Assembly (NCBI RefSeq): GCF_018977255.1
Contig: NW_024704742.1
Span: 27,406,001 to 27,470,000, forward strand
DNA length: 64,000 nt
Direction of reading: 5' to 3'
From: Callorhinchus milii
Lineage: Eukaryota
In this document: in pieces, positions 51,451-63,730 of the stretch
How the letters are laid out: each line of letters opens with the position of its first letter
How positions within the stretch are numbered: the first letter of the stretch is position 1
The notes under the pieces: model-generated
The model's input: the letters and a program-made list of their open reading frames with translations, nothing else
What the model was told of the DNA's origin: nothing
The model's database searches: none
Position numbers and translations under genes: made by a program

Positions 51451-52247
51451 AGAGCGATGGCTGATCAATTGTAGGGTGATTTATCATGCATTTAAATCCA
51501 AGCTGTATTTAAAAGTGAGGTGAAATTTGTGACATTGCATACCAGATTTGAGGTGACTGTCTTGTGATTTAATGAGACATCAAGTATTTGCAAGAATGGC
51601 CGTAGTCCTGTACTGAGCGGAGTGGCTAAATCTTCAGGCTCAACCATTATACCGAGAACCAAGCTGTGGAGAACTGCATTGAAATCGTTATGAAACGTCG
51701 CAAATTTCATCCCCTTTTGTATAAGCGAAGATAGTAATTAGGCAATTAACTGCAGAATCCTACTTCTGCAGAGAGTGGATGTGAGAAGTCTTCCTAGGAG
51801 GGGCGGGGGATAAGGGTTACTTGGAAGAGATATGCCAGCATTCGTACAGACATCAATAGGATGGACATTTCTGACCTCTTAGGCTGTGTTTTGTACAAGC
51901 CTCTCCATTGAAACTTTTCAGCTATTAGACGGAAAACATGATGTTTTCACCCTCGCCTCACTTGCTGAGAGAGAGCAGCATCAAGCTAGCCCTCAGGCAA
52001 TGCAAATGCAGCCAGCCAGTGCCATGGAGAGTATTACATCGTTTGTCTCAGTGACAGATTGGTGCAATGCTTTATCTGATTTTTAAAGAAATCCAGAGAC
52101 TCGTATAACTTGTGGAAATAGAGAACCAATCTCGGCAAAGCCAAATACAATATATATACAAAAAAAGAACTTCTGAAAACTACATCAATTTTTACATTGG
52201 CAGAAATGAAGCAAAGAAGGTTTACTCAAGTCAAGTTCAGAAACAAA

Positions 52248-54055
52248 TAACAACGACAACAACAAAATTACATTTGTATAGCGCCTTTCATGTCGGCAGG
52301 ATGTCCCAAATGCGCTGAACAATCAGTGTCTCGGAGGTCGGGAGCTGGGGGTCGGGATCGGGGAGGGTGGAGGGCAAGGCGGGATGCCCGGTGACTGAAG
52401 GCACGGTCGAAGAGGAGGGTCTTGAGATGGGTCTTGAAGGAGGCAAAGGAGGGGGTGAGGTGGAGGGACTGTGGAATGGAGATCCAGAGGATGGGGACAG
52501 AGTGACTGAAGACCCGCCTGCCAATGGTGGGGTGGGCGAGGCGGGAGATGTGAAGCAGGCCAGAGCCCGCAGAGCGGAGGGAGCGAGCAGGATGTAGGGA
52601 GTTAGGAAGTCGCAGAGGTAGGTGGGATCACGGTTATGAAGGGTTTTGAAGGTGAGTCCCAGGATCTTGAACTGTATCCTCTGTGTGATGGGAAGCCAGT
52701 GTAGTCGGGCGAGGATGGGGGTGATAAGGTCACGGAGCCTGGTATGGGAGAGGACACATGTTGCAGAATTCTGGATGACCTGCAGCCTATGTAGGGAGGA
52801 GTTGGGGAGGCCGACAAGCAGCGAGTTTGTATAGCCAAGCCTGGATGTTATGAATGCATGTATGAGGGTTTCATCAGCCTGTGGTGTGAAACAGTGGGGT
52901 AGCCGTGTAATGTTGCAGAAGTGGGGGAAGGCAGAGCGAGTCATGGCACGGTTGTGGGGTAGAAAGGATAGTTGAGGGTCAAACAAGACATCAAGGTTCT
53001 GGACTGGCTTAGTAAAGTGGAGTGTACAACCATGGATGGTGATGCTGTCAGCGCCTGAGGTGTGGAAGCACTGAAAGGAGCCATCCAGGAGAGCCTCAGT
53101 TTTGTTGACATTTAAGAAAGTTAGCTCTCATCCAGGACTTGATGTCTGACAGACATTCTGTCCGGACAGCAGTGGTCCTGGAGTCAAGGGTGAGGGCAGA
53201 AAGATACAGTTGGGTGTCATCTACATACATGTGGAAGTTGACCCCATGGCTGCGGATGATGCCACCATGAGGGAGTATATAGATATTGAAGAGGAGGGGG
53301 ACCAAGGACAGAGCCCTGAGGAACACCGCACGAGACGGTCCGGGATCTAGAGTAGAAGCCGTTTGTGGAGATGAAGTGCAGATGGTGTGAGAGGTATGAT
53401 CTGAACCACTCAAGGACAGGACCATGAAGTTTGACGTGAGAGGAGAGGTGGTGGAGGAGGATAGTGTGGTCAATGCTATTGAAGGCAGCAGAAAGGATGA
53501 GGAGGCAGAGGGAGTCCTGGTCGCAGATGGACAAAAGGTAATTTGTCACTTTGACAAAAGCTGTTTCTGTGCGGTGGGGTAGGGTCCAGGGAGGGTTTTT
53601 TAAGAAAGGAGTTATGATGGCTGTTTTTAAAGGGGCGGGAATGGTGTCAGTGCTCATGGAGAGGTCTATGATGTCTGGGAGTAGAGAGGCATGAGGTGGA
53701 GCTGGGAGGTAAAGAGAGGGGTAGGGATGGGGTTGAGGGAGCAGGTGCTCGGTTTCATGGGATTTATAATGGTGGTGAGAGAGGAGTGGGAGACAGGTTC
53801 GAAGGTGTGGAGGGAGGGATGGGTAGGGGCCGGGGTGTGAAGGGTTGATGGGGAGGGGGTGCAACACGAGAGAGCAGATGCAGCTGAGCGGATCCCCTTG
53901 ACTTTGGTTTCGAGAAAGTCCAGCATCACCTCGCAGTTGCCATTGGAGGTGAGGATGGATGAGTTATGAAAGGGTGGGCGGAGGCACCAGTTGGCGATGG
54001 AGAAGAGGAGCCCAAGGTTATCTTTGGCCTCCAAGATTGTCTTGGAGTAAAACAA
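52248..54055 (-). mobile_element. L2 LINE (older copy), RT and 3' end, frameshifted pseudogene
   Basis: [52 protein letters not shown] and LHWLPITQRIQFK in shifting frames; (AAC)n tail. Confidence 0.95.
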
Positions 54056-54063
54056 CGATTTAC

Positions 54064-55132
54064 AATAACAACAACAAAATTACATTTATAGAGCGCCTTT
54101 TACGTCGGGAGAATGTCCCAAAGCGCTGAACAGTCAGGTGTCGGGGCCCGAGCATGGAGGAGGGGTGGTGCAGGGGTGAGGAAGGCAGAGAGGTGGGAGG
54201 GAGACCAAAGGCAAGGTCGAAGAGAAGGGTCTTGAGACCGGCCTTGAAGGAGGCAAGAGAGGCAGTGAGGCGAAGGGACCGTGGGATGGAGTTCCAGAGT
54301 GTGGGGGCAGAGAGGCTGAAAGCCCGGCCACTGATGGTAGGGCGAGTCGGGCGGGAGACATGGAGCAGACCGGAACCTGAAGACTGGAGGGAGCGGGCAG
54401 CAGGTCAGAGAGGTAGGAGGGGGCAAGGCCATGGAATGGCCTTAAAGGTGAGGACGAGGATCTTGAACTCGATCCTGTGGGGGATGGGGAGCCAGTGGAG
54501 TCGGGCGAGGGTGGGAATGATGGGGTCACGGAGCCTGGTGCGTGAGAGTACACAAGCTGCAGAGTTTTGGATGATCTGCAGCTTGTGAAGGGAAGAGTTG
54601 GGAAGGCCGATGAGAAGGGAGTTCCTGTAATCGAGCCTTGATGTGACAAATGCGTGGGTGAGGGTTTCGGCAGCCTGAAGGGTGAGGCAGTGGCGGAGTC
54701 TGGCAATGTTGCGGAGGTGGTGGTAGGCAGTGCCGGTCATGGCGCGGATGTGGGGGAGAAAGGACAATTCAAGGTCAAACAAGACACCCAGGTTCCTGAC
54801 TGGCTTAGGGAGGTTGAGTGTGCAGCCATGGAGGCCGATACTGCCATGGCCTGAGGTGTGGAGCCAATCAGGAGGGCCTCGGTCTTGCTGAAGTTGAGTT
54901 GGAGAAAGTTGTCCCTTGTCCAGGACTTGATGTCGGACAGGCAGTCGGTCAGGACCTCAGTAGTCCTGGAGTTGGGGGTGGAGGCAGAGAGGTAGAGTTG
55001 GGTGTCATCCGCATACATGTGGAAATTTACCCCATGGCTGCGGATGATGTCACCAAGGGGGAGCATGTAGAGGGTGAAGAGGAGGGGACCGAGGGCAGAG
55101 CCCTGAGGAACACCACATGAGACTGTGCGGGG
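54064..55132 (-). mobile_element. L2 LINE (younger copy) nested in the older L2
   Basis: [45 protein letters not shown]; has its own (AAC)n tail at 54064. Confidence 0.95.
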
Positions 55133-55134
55133 CT

Positions 55135-55670
55135 GCAGGACAAGTCATTTAGCGGAGGCAAGGGCAGACGGGTAAATTTTGATAACGTGCAGCCAGATCT
55201 GCCGATGCGTGAGGTCTGCCAACCCCAACCCTGCTCCCCCATGCTTGGATCCTGATCCCTGACTGTTTAGCGCCTTGAGCCAGATGCGTTCAGCGGCAAG
55301 CACCTGTGCCTTGAGGGAATGAAGGTGGTTGGTGTACCAAGGTGACTTCCGCAAGTAGGAGGTGTTTCAGTTAGTGAGGGGAGCAAGGGCATCGAGAGCA
55401 GTAGAGAGGGAGTTGTGGAGAAAAGTGACCGAGGAGGATAGGTCATTGCGGGATGAAGCCCAGAGGGCGAGGAGTTCAGATGATGCCAAGGCAATGGAGA
55501 GCGAGCGGGGGAAATATTTTTTCCAGGAACAGTAGGAGATGGAGGTGGGTTGGCTGCCGGTGGGGAGAGAGGAATTGAGGAGTTAAGGGAGATAAAGTAA
55601 TGGTCCAAGATGGCTTTGTCAGTGATGGTTTGGTCTGAGATGGTGAGGCTCCAACAATTCTTTGTCATAG
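55135..55670 (-). mobile_element. Upstream continuation of the older L2 (endonuclease end and linker)
   Basis: AILDHYFISL (SDH motif), SPWYTNHLHSLK...ERIW...QIWL...ALASAK, which precede YSKTIL in L2 ORF2. Confidence 0.88.
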
Positions 55671-55990
55671 ACTTTCCAAGAACTGAAATGTCTCAAAACA
55701 AAAGTAAAAGACGTGTCGGATGGCACCATGATCCAATGTGAAAGGTGCTATATCAAATACAAGGATTATTATTATTATTAACAACGCACCCTGTATTGTT
55801 TTTTTTTACCCTGAGTTCATGTTTAAATTGTAGTGTGATGCAGAGATCTGATATGGATACAGTATCTGGCTAAAGCCTGCCTCTAAACACAAACAGATAA
55901 TTTTTTTGGGTCTGCTCCCTCACACTTGTTTCCAACATGAAAGGCGCTTTACAAAAGTAATTTTACTATCACTAATAAAATGTTGTTGTT

Positions 55991-56185
55991 GGCAAGTGTC
56001 TCACACATGCGTAAACCCCATATGTATGCCACCTACACATGGGCATTTCTCTGGGTCTGAAATGGAATTTACACTGTCTCTCTGGGGGATAACACCTTGC
56101 TTGCCTAATTCTGGACTGTATCAAGTGCAGGTTGACAGGAGCCAAGGCTTGGCAATCTCAGAATGTGCATTGGGGTATGTTTAAT
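55991..56185 (-). mobile_element. Family X fragment
   Basis: CATATGTATGCCACCTACACATGG...CAGGTTGACAGGAGCCAAGGCTTGG...AATGTGCATTGGGG. Confidence 0.8.
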
Positions 56186-57350
56186 CATCCGCAATAGGTG
56201 TCTCCTAATCAATAGCAGCTACAACTTGTATTTATATGTTGTCCCTTATGCAGGGTTGCATCTCAGAGCGTTTACATGCCCAATATTGAGCTCTCCACTG
56301 AAGTGAATCTGAGGTGTAGGAATTGGAATACATTTTGAGACGTGCAACAGGTGGACAGCGAGCATTTGTTGCCTTTGCTACATTTGGAAAATATCTTGCT
56401 TTTTTTGATCATAGGTAGAGGGAAGCAGATTTCTTATAACTGTCCCACATATTTCTAAAAGCAGCTAATAAAATGCTGGTGATAAGGAGCTTAAAGGTGA
56501 ACTGAAAGAGATTCAAGCTGATGCTTCAGTCACTATTTTTAGAGACGATAAGGCAGTGAAGTTGTGAAAGGAAAATAAATCCTATTGGTCATGAAAGATC
56601 TAGCTAATGGCACATTACCCTCTTCTGAGATGAAAGCCAGTAGGTGATCTGACTAAGGGAGGAATTCCATCTGCGACTAGATTTACAATATTAATGTAAC
56701 ATATCAGAGCGTCCAGAATTTGGTAAATTCTTAAATAGAGACTTTAATTTTGAAGCCTATTTCTTTTGAGAATTACAGAAAAACAACTTCAAAGTTGAGA
56801 CTGAACTTGACTAGTTGCCAAATCCTGGGAGCTTTAGAATGTCACATTAGAGGAAGTGTAGGCCCAGGTGAAATACCTCTCCTGTGATCTCTTTCACGGG
56901 TCACTTTCTGAAGATGCAAACCTTTCAATGCTAGAATGCACTAATGAAGCCTAAAGTTGTGATTCTGATCTCATAAGAAAACATCCACTCTTGGAGGAGG
57001 ATATTTTGGTATCAAACCTGTTGTACCTCTGCCCACCTGAAAGCTAAAGTCTGCTGGTCACAGGCCCTGAAATTTCTCTGGGTCTTAGCTTTAAGACCAT
57101 TATGTTCAATTTTAAGGTTGTGCAGAATATTGAAAAATTATTGAATTCTGTCTGAATTTTGAAGATGTTCTTTTTCCTTTTTTGAAATAAAAACCTGTAG
57201 ATTGTCTGGTTCTACATTAAGACTGAATTTTAGATTGATTTGAAGATTTGAAATTCTGCATCAATTTAAATTTTAAGACGATAGTTTGAAGGCTCAGATG
57301 TAAGGACTTTTTGAGCCTCTGGTTTTTTATCTGGCGAGGTGCCTGCATGT

Positions 57351-57678
57351 GGAATCCTGTAGCATAGTGGTTAGAAAAATCGCCTCACAAGCAAGAGGAC
57401 CCAGGTTCGATTCCCTGGCAGGGCGAAATCTTAGATAAGTTTCCTTACTCCGCACACACGCCACTGTTTACCTAGCAGTAAATGGGAACCCGCTTGTGAG
57501 TCGATTGGCGGATCGTTTTCTGTGGGTAATTATCCCTTCAATTTTTTTTAATAATAATTAGATCAATCAATCCATGACTGTTTGTGGGACACTGCTGTGC
57601 ATAACTGGCTGCCGCGTTTCACGCACAAAATATACAATCACTACACTTTACAGTATCCTGTGAAGCACTTTGAGACGA
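57351..57678 (+). mobile_element. tRNA-Ala-derived SINE
   Basis: GGAATCCTGTAGCATAGTGG A-box, GGTTCGATTCC B-box. Confidence 0.93.
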
Positions 57679-57699
57679 TGAAGATGAAGTTATCTCTGA

Positions 57700-58340
57700 A
57701 CCGCCTGTACACTTGACAGAAGTTTCAAGTAAAGCATCATTCAACTGCAATCTCCAAGACCGGTTTTGTCATGCATTGATGTCACCAGGTCTAATAGGAA
57801 TCAGATAAACAGTGTTTACCTGTTTCTCAAGCTAGGGTGGGGGGAATGGATGAAGAACCAAGTCATGCAATGCATTCAATGCCAAGGTTGAAATGGGTAG
57901 AAAACATAAGTCAAGGAGAAGTGGTTGGGTTTGAAAAGCTTGTGCAGTGTAGGTGGAAGGGAAGAATGAGGGACGTAAGCAGGGCCAGTGTGAATTACTT
58001 CACACTGTGACCTAAATTAACTCCCATAGGAAAGAAAATGATGGAACTGTCAGAAGTAATTTGAGGTCGACATTGTTTGTCAGCATGAATGTTCAAAGTT
58101 CGTGCTCGCCAATAATGGCAGGCAATTTACAGCTCAGGTCTTTGAAGCAATCTCTAAATGCTTTGGAGTGAAACATCATTTTACAACATCCGATCAGCCT
58201 CAAAGCAACTTAGGGAAAAGATCTTGGGAATTATGTTTGCAGATCTTGTCAAAAGAGATCACGAAGAATTGGACAGACCTCCTCTGTCATTTACACTCGT
58301 GGTTTGATCTGGAATATAGGAAAGTACTGCTGTAACTTGT
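57700..58340 (+). mobile_element. Ancient Gypsy-type LTR retrotransposon integrase relic
   Basis: HALMSPGLIGIR*T and WMKNQVMQCIQCQ (zinc finger); VLANNGRQFTAQVFEAISKCFGVKHHFTTSDQPQSNL (cf. SDNGxQF...YHPQSN); ESTAVT. Confidence 0.8.
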
Positions 58341-58614
58341 TTCTTTCTGAGTACTATAAATGGATTGTACTGCCTATGGATTTCCTTTGTGAAATACTTA
58401 TTTCATTTTCTGTTAATATTCTTCGGGGAACATCACTGAAGCAATAGGGGTTTTGACTGCAATTCTGCACGGGATAGGGGTTGGTTGGAGGAACAGAGAG
58501 AGAGAGAGAGGTTGTATTTAGAATGTAATGCTGCAAGACCCAATATGTTTCCTTCCTCCCATTTCTATGCTTGGCATTTTTGGCAAGTCACACCCCTACG
58601 AATGAAAGAATGCA

Positions 58615-58895
58615 TGTCCCTCGTACCCTCCGTTCCATCATCAGTAGCCGCACTTTTAGCCACTACCCCTCGAAACACTGGAACACTCTCCCTCAATCCC
58701 TCAACCTTGCCCTCTCCTTCCCCACTTCCGCACCTTCAGGCGACACCTGAACACCTTTCTCTTTGACCATACTTGCAGTCATTCACCCCCTAACACCACC
58801 CCCCCCACCCACCCCGCCGCTCGGTGTCAGGCTCTGCCACTGTCTAGCGCTCTGAGTACTACCCTATGTGAAGGGCGCTATATGAATGTTGTTGT
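58615..58895 (+). mobile_element. L2 LINE 3' fragment
   Basis: CTGGAACACTCTCCC (WNTLP), CACCTTTCTCTTTGACC, GTGAAGGGCGCTATATGAATGTTGTTG. Confidence 0.85.
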
Positions 58896-59449
58896 ATTTA
58901 TAATATTTTGTACTAGTACAAATAGTTTTAAATTGTAATGATTAAACCATGACCATCGAATATTGCTGCTTTCAGCATATTTGTGTCCTGTTTGCCAAAT
59001 ATGCTGAAAACAGCATTTGATCATGTGATCTTGCGTTTATTCTTTAAGTCATTTCACCGATTTTTTTTGTGTGTTTCAGGGTCTCTTTTCTGTCTTTCTT
59101 CCTTACGCTTTCGGGAAACATTTTTCTCTTTTCTCTTTTCATCCCTCTCATTATTCATGCTCTTCCCTCTCTTCCGCTCTTCCTCCCCTAAAGCAGATTT
59201 GTGTACACAAGGGCATCAGCTGTCAGGGTTTAAAATTTCAATGGACAATTCATCCTGCTTGGTCCCCAACACACTATTCTGCAAGTCACACACCATTGCT
59301 GAGAATATACGTGAAAATTCGCCTATTGACTCAGTGGGTAAAATAAAGGTAAAAAAACGAGAATCTTTGAGTTTTGTATTGCCTGACAGGCTTTACTGTA
59401 AAATTATTAAGTGATGAGTATGCCTGCATAGAATTCATTACACATCAAA

Positions 59450-59790
59450 ATAATCCTTTGTGTGAAATACTTTGATAGTTGGACGTCCTCCTGATGTGAA
59501 AGGCGCTATGCAACTGTAATTTGTGTTGTTGTATTTTGTAGTGAATGCATCAGCCATTTTTTGCACAGCAATGTGCCACAAACAGCCATGAAGTGAATAA
59601 CCAATGTTATCTGAAGGATTGTTGACCAGGTGACCAGGGAGAAACTCCCTTCTCTTTTCAATTAATGCCATGGGAGCCTTAAATTCAATCTGAGTAGATA
59701 GGTGGGAGCTTTGGTTAACATGTCATCTAAAAATGACACATTTATTATTGCAGAACACTACAGCACTATATTTGGAATTACAGCCAAAAC
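59450..59790 (-). mobile_element. Deu-type SINE interrupted by plus-strand L2 tail (59481-59531)
   Basis: ATAATCCTT | GGACGTCCTCCTGATGTGAAAGGCGCT...GTTGTTG | TATTTTGT...CCACAAACAGCCATGAAG...GGGAGAAACTCCC. Confidence 0.8.
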
Positions 59791-60636
59791 TATGAATGCT
59801 AAGTTATGACTTAGGTCTGAGTTCGAGAAACCATGTGGAAGTAGATGAACAGAGGAATTACTAGTGTCTTTGATAATTTAATTACTAACCGATGGAATAA
59901 TTTACCAATTATCCAATGAACTAATCATTTTTATTGGCTATTAAGTATATAATTTAAGGCAAACTGTAATTCTTTATGTGCAGACCTCCACTTATACATA
60001 GTTTTCACATGGTGCATAAGAGATCTCAGTATTTATTCTGCTATGAAGCCCACTGGAAAATAGATGGGTACAGATTTGGGGTGAGAACAGGACACGATCA
60101 GACCCTCAGGTCAATTAACCAATCCACTGAGACTTACTGTCCAGATGCATCCATGAAGAATGATAACTGGATTTGCATGAGGTACCATCTTAACTCTTGA
60201 AAATGCCTGTGATCTTGTCAGTGATTCAAAGTTTAATAGGCATCTTATCCTGTTTGGTCTCCAGCACATTATTATACAAGTCACACACCAGTGCCAGCAT
60301 TTATAGAATGCTACACAGCAAGGGGAAAAGGAGGGAGGATTTTTATTGATTGAAAAATACCCAGGCAAAGTGAAAAAATCTGGGGGAAGAAATTTCACCT
60401 GGGTGTTTATTTACTCTACTTGGCATTTCAGAACATCCAGAATTGGCAAATTATTGATTTTTTAATTTTGAAACTGTTGTTCTGCAGGTAAGAGAAGTTA
60501 AGACATGATTTAAGAATTTGCCAAATTCTGCATTCACTGAAATGGTAAGAAAAGGGACAAGTCTCGACCAGGGTGGAACCCCGCTGTAAAAACTGAGGTT
60601 TGTGATAATTTTCCAAATATTTCGCATTGATAATTA

Positions 60637-61527
60637 GGAACATAGACATAGGAACAGGAGTAGGTCATTCAATCCCTCAAGCCTATTCCGCCATTCTCAT
60701 CCTATTACCATCCAGAACTCTGCAGCTCACGTCCTCTCCCACAACAGGCTCTGTGATCCCATCAACCTCACCCTCGCCTGGCTCCACTGGTTCCCATCCC
60801 TCAGAGGATCAAGTTCAAAATCCTTGTCCTCACTCTCAAGGCCCTCCACAGCCTTGCCCTCTCCTACCTCTCTGACCTGCTAACCCCTTATTATCCTGTC
60901 CACTCCTCCGCTCAGCAGGCTCCGGTCTGCTCCATGTCCCCTGCCCATCCTGCCCCACCATCACCATCCCACATTCCCTTCGTCCCGCTTCCTCCCTTGG
61001 CTCCAATAGACATGCCTCAAGACCCTCCTCTTCGACCGTGCCTTCGGTCTCTCTGCCCTCCACCCTCTCTGATCCCAACCCCCCGCTGGGGTCCTAATCC
61101 CTGACTGTTCAGCACTTTGGGACGTCCTCCCGATGTGAAAGATGCTTCAAAATGTAATCTTGCATTGTAATTTTATTCTATTAGATCATGGCTAATCTGT
61201 AACCTCATTGCATTTACTCGCCTTTGCTCCATATTCCTTGATACCCTCACCTAACAAATCTATTGACCTCAGTCTTGAAAATTTCAACTGATCCAGCAAC
61301 CACAGCCTTTTGGGCAAGAGAGTTGCAGATTTACTCTACCCTTTGTGTGTAAAAAGTGCTTCCTGATTGCACTCCTAAATGTGCTAGCTCTAATTTTAAG
61401 ATTATGCCCCCTTGTTCTGGATTCCTCCACCAGAGGAAATAGTTTCTTTGTGGCTACTCTATCAAATCCCTTTATCATTTTAAGCACTTTAATTAGATCA
61501 CCCCTCAACCTTCTAAACTCAAGCGAG
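60637..61527 (-). mobile_element. CR1 LINE 3' region interrupted by L2
   Basis: ORF 61284-61508 RGDLIKVLKMIKGFDRV...LFPL...TRGHNLKI; tail CATAGGAACAGGAGTAGG. Confidence 0.92.
60697..61170 (+). mobile_element. L2 LINE 3' fragment nested in CR1
   Basis: IQNSAAHVL...LHWFPSLRG/IKFKILVL; tail CAGCACTTTGGGACGTCCTCCCGATGTGAAAG. Confidence 0.92.
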
Positions 61528-61619
61528 AATTGTATATTGAAAGGAGGAGTGATTATAAATTTAATGTGTGACCAATGCTTATTTCCTGCTTTGAGATCTA
61601 TTTTGGTGAACAGACATTA

Positions 61620-61935
61620 TAATAATAATAATAATCCTTGCATTTGATATAGTGTTTTTCACGTTTTCTAGACGTCTCAAAGTGCTTCACAGAGTAAACT
61701 GTAAAGTGAATTGACTGTATATTTGTGGGCGAAACTCGGCAGCCAATTGCGCACAGCAGTGTCCCACAAACAGTCGTGGATTGAAGTGACCAAATTATTA
61801 TTTTATGATTTTTTTTCTTGAGGGATTATTATCAGGCGTGTGGAGAAAGGAAACTTGCCCAAGGTTTTGCCCACCTGGGAATCGAACCCAGGTCTCTCGC
61901 TTGCGAGTGCTCTAACCACTGAGCTACAGGACTCC
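61620..61935 (-). mobile_element. tRNA-Ala-derived SINE with internal deletions
   Basis: Minus strand GGAGTCCTGTAGCTCAGTGGTTAGAGCACTCGCAAGCGAGAGACCTGGGTTCGATTCCC; (ATT)n tail. Confidence 0.93.
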
Positions 61936-62176
61936 ACCTCATTCCACTCCACTCATTCTCGATCACGTTGATCAGGACATAGTTAATGTGGCTATAAGTA
62001 GCAATATCACCAACATATTCAAAGGGAGGAGAGTATTCTCAATATTTTGTGGTGAATAATTTCAGTTAGATTATGATATTGCCTCAGCATTGGTGTATTT
62101 CAGAGCAATAGCTTACAAAGAAGATCTCTTTAAGAAACTATGCTGTTCAATCCATCTGTGTTATTTTATGTCATGT

Positions 62177-62327
62177 ACACACACACTCATACATACATAC
62201 ATACATGCATACATACATACATACATACATACATACATACATACATACATACATACATACATACATACATACATACATACATACATACATACATACATAC
62301 ATACATACATACATACACACACACACG
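62177..62327. repeat. (CATA)n microsatellite, about 30 units, flanked by (CA)n
   Basis: Direct inspection. Confidence 0.97.
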
Positions 62328-62979
62328 TGTACATACAGAAGATAGAAAATCCATTGAGATGGAATATTTTACAGAATGATTGCCTAAAAGTGAACAAAAT
62401 AGATCATCTTAAGAGTCATTTGTTGAAATATCAGTGGTTGACAGATATTAAGCATCAAATTAAAAAGCTGATTTACCATCAATTTTAAGTATAAGAAGAT
62501 AACAAACACATAAATTAAAGCTATAAATGTTGTAAGAAACTGAACCTTTGTATGGATATTGATAATGACAACTCTAGAATAAGCTGGGTGCATTTAGATC
62601 ACAAGTGATTTGAGAAATCTAGTTGATTTCTTTGAGGATTAATATTCAATGGAGTTTTACAATAACCTAACAAAACATAATGGAATAAGGCTGTTTTGTC
62701 CAGAAATGTTTATATGGGTTTTTATCCACAGGGACTGTCAGCCTTCAATCCTGATGTTCTCTTTGAAGTCAGTTGACCAAACTTGCTTTATACTTAATAT
62801 ATCACCTGAGCTTCATGTCTTAATATATCATCTGAGCTGTTTGTAATACTTTCGGTAACTAACCAACAAGTGATTGTGGGTTTTCTTTACCACTTTGATG
62901 GTTGACATTTTATCCACAGTGGATTGGAATACAGCCAGCACCATATGTATTTCAAAGATGAAGCCTTCAAATGCTGGTA

Positions 62980-63275
62980 GGGTGAAACATTGGGCAAGTA
63001 TCCTTACTCCACACGCCTCTGTTTACCTAGCAGTAAGTAGGAACCTTGTCAATCGCTTTTCCAGGGGTAATAATTCGATCATAATAAATGGAAAATAATT
63101 TGGTCACTTCAATCCACGACTGTTTGTGGGATGCTGCTGTGCGCAATTGGCTGTCACGTTTTGCCCGCATAATATACCGTCAATTCATTTTACAGTATAT
63201 TCTGTGAAGTGCTTTGAGATGTCTCAAAATGTGATAAGGCACGATATCAAATGCAAGGATTAATACTATTATCAT
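62980..63275 (+). mobile_element. tRNA-Ala SINE lacking head
   Basis: TTGGGCAAGTATCCTTACTCCACACGCCTCTGTTTACCTAGCAG through the tail. Confidence 0.9.
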
Positions 63276-63730
63276 AAATTTATCTTTCATTTCCCCAAAT
63301 ATCTTAATACCTGCAGTTTCCAAATATCTGTTCATCTTTCCTCAAAAAACCTCAATTCTGCACCTGGAGTCTTCTGACGCATGTACATTCCACATGCTCT
63401 CAACTCTGTTTGAAGAAATGTTACTTAAAATAATATTTGTGAATCATGTCAGTTCCTGTTACTCTTGGATATTACATCCAACTGTCTGATGACTGCCTCC
63501 TGCCTTTTGCATGGATTTGACAAATTCACTCCAGGAGATCTCCTTCAGCAACAACAATGTACATTGTGCCTTTCAAGTCAGGAGGATGTCGCAAAATGCT
63601 TCACACAACTGAAACTTCTGTATAAAAGCAAGTTTGCTTTCAACGTTAGGCCTTCTTTCAAACTTATTTTATTGGATCACGAGTTTGGCATTTTGCAAGC
63701 TCGCTTCCGTCTCTGATATCTATCATATGA

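Noticed and set aside
52288..55066. RT ORFs as an active or domesticated gene or a retron-like system
   Set aside because: Multiple frameshifts, truncation, nesting and typical L2 tails show dead LINE copies
62090..62488. ORFs with YIHT/MYVC repeats
   Set aside because: Translations of the (CATA)n microsatellite
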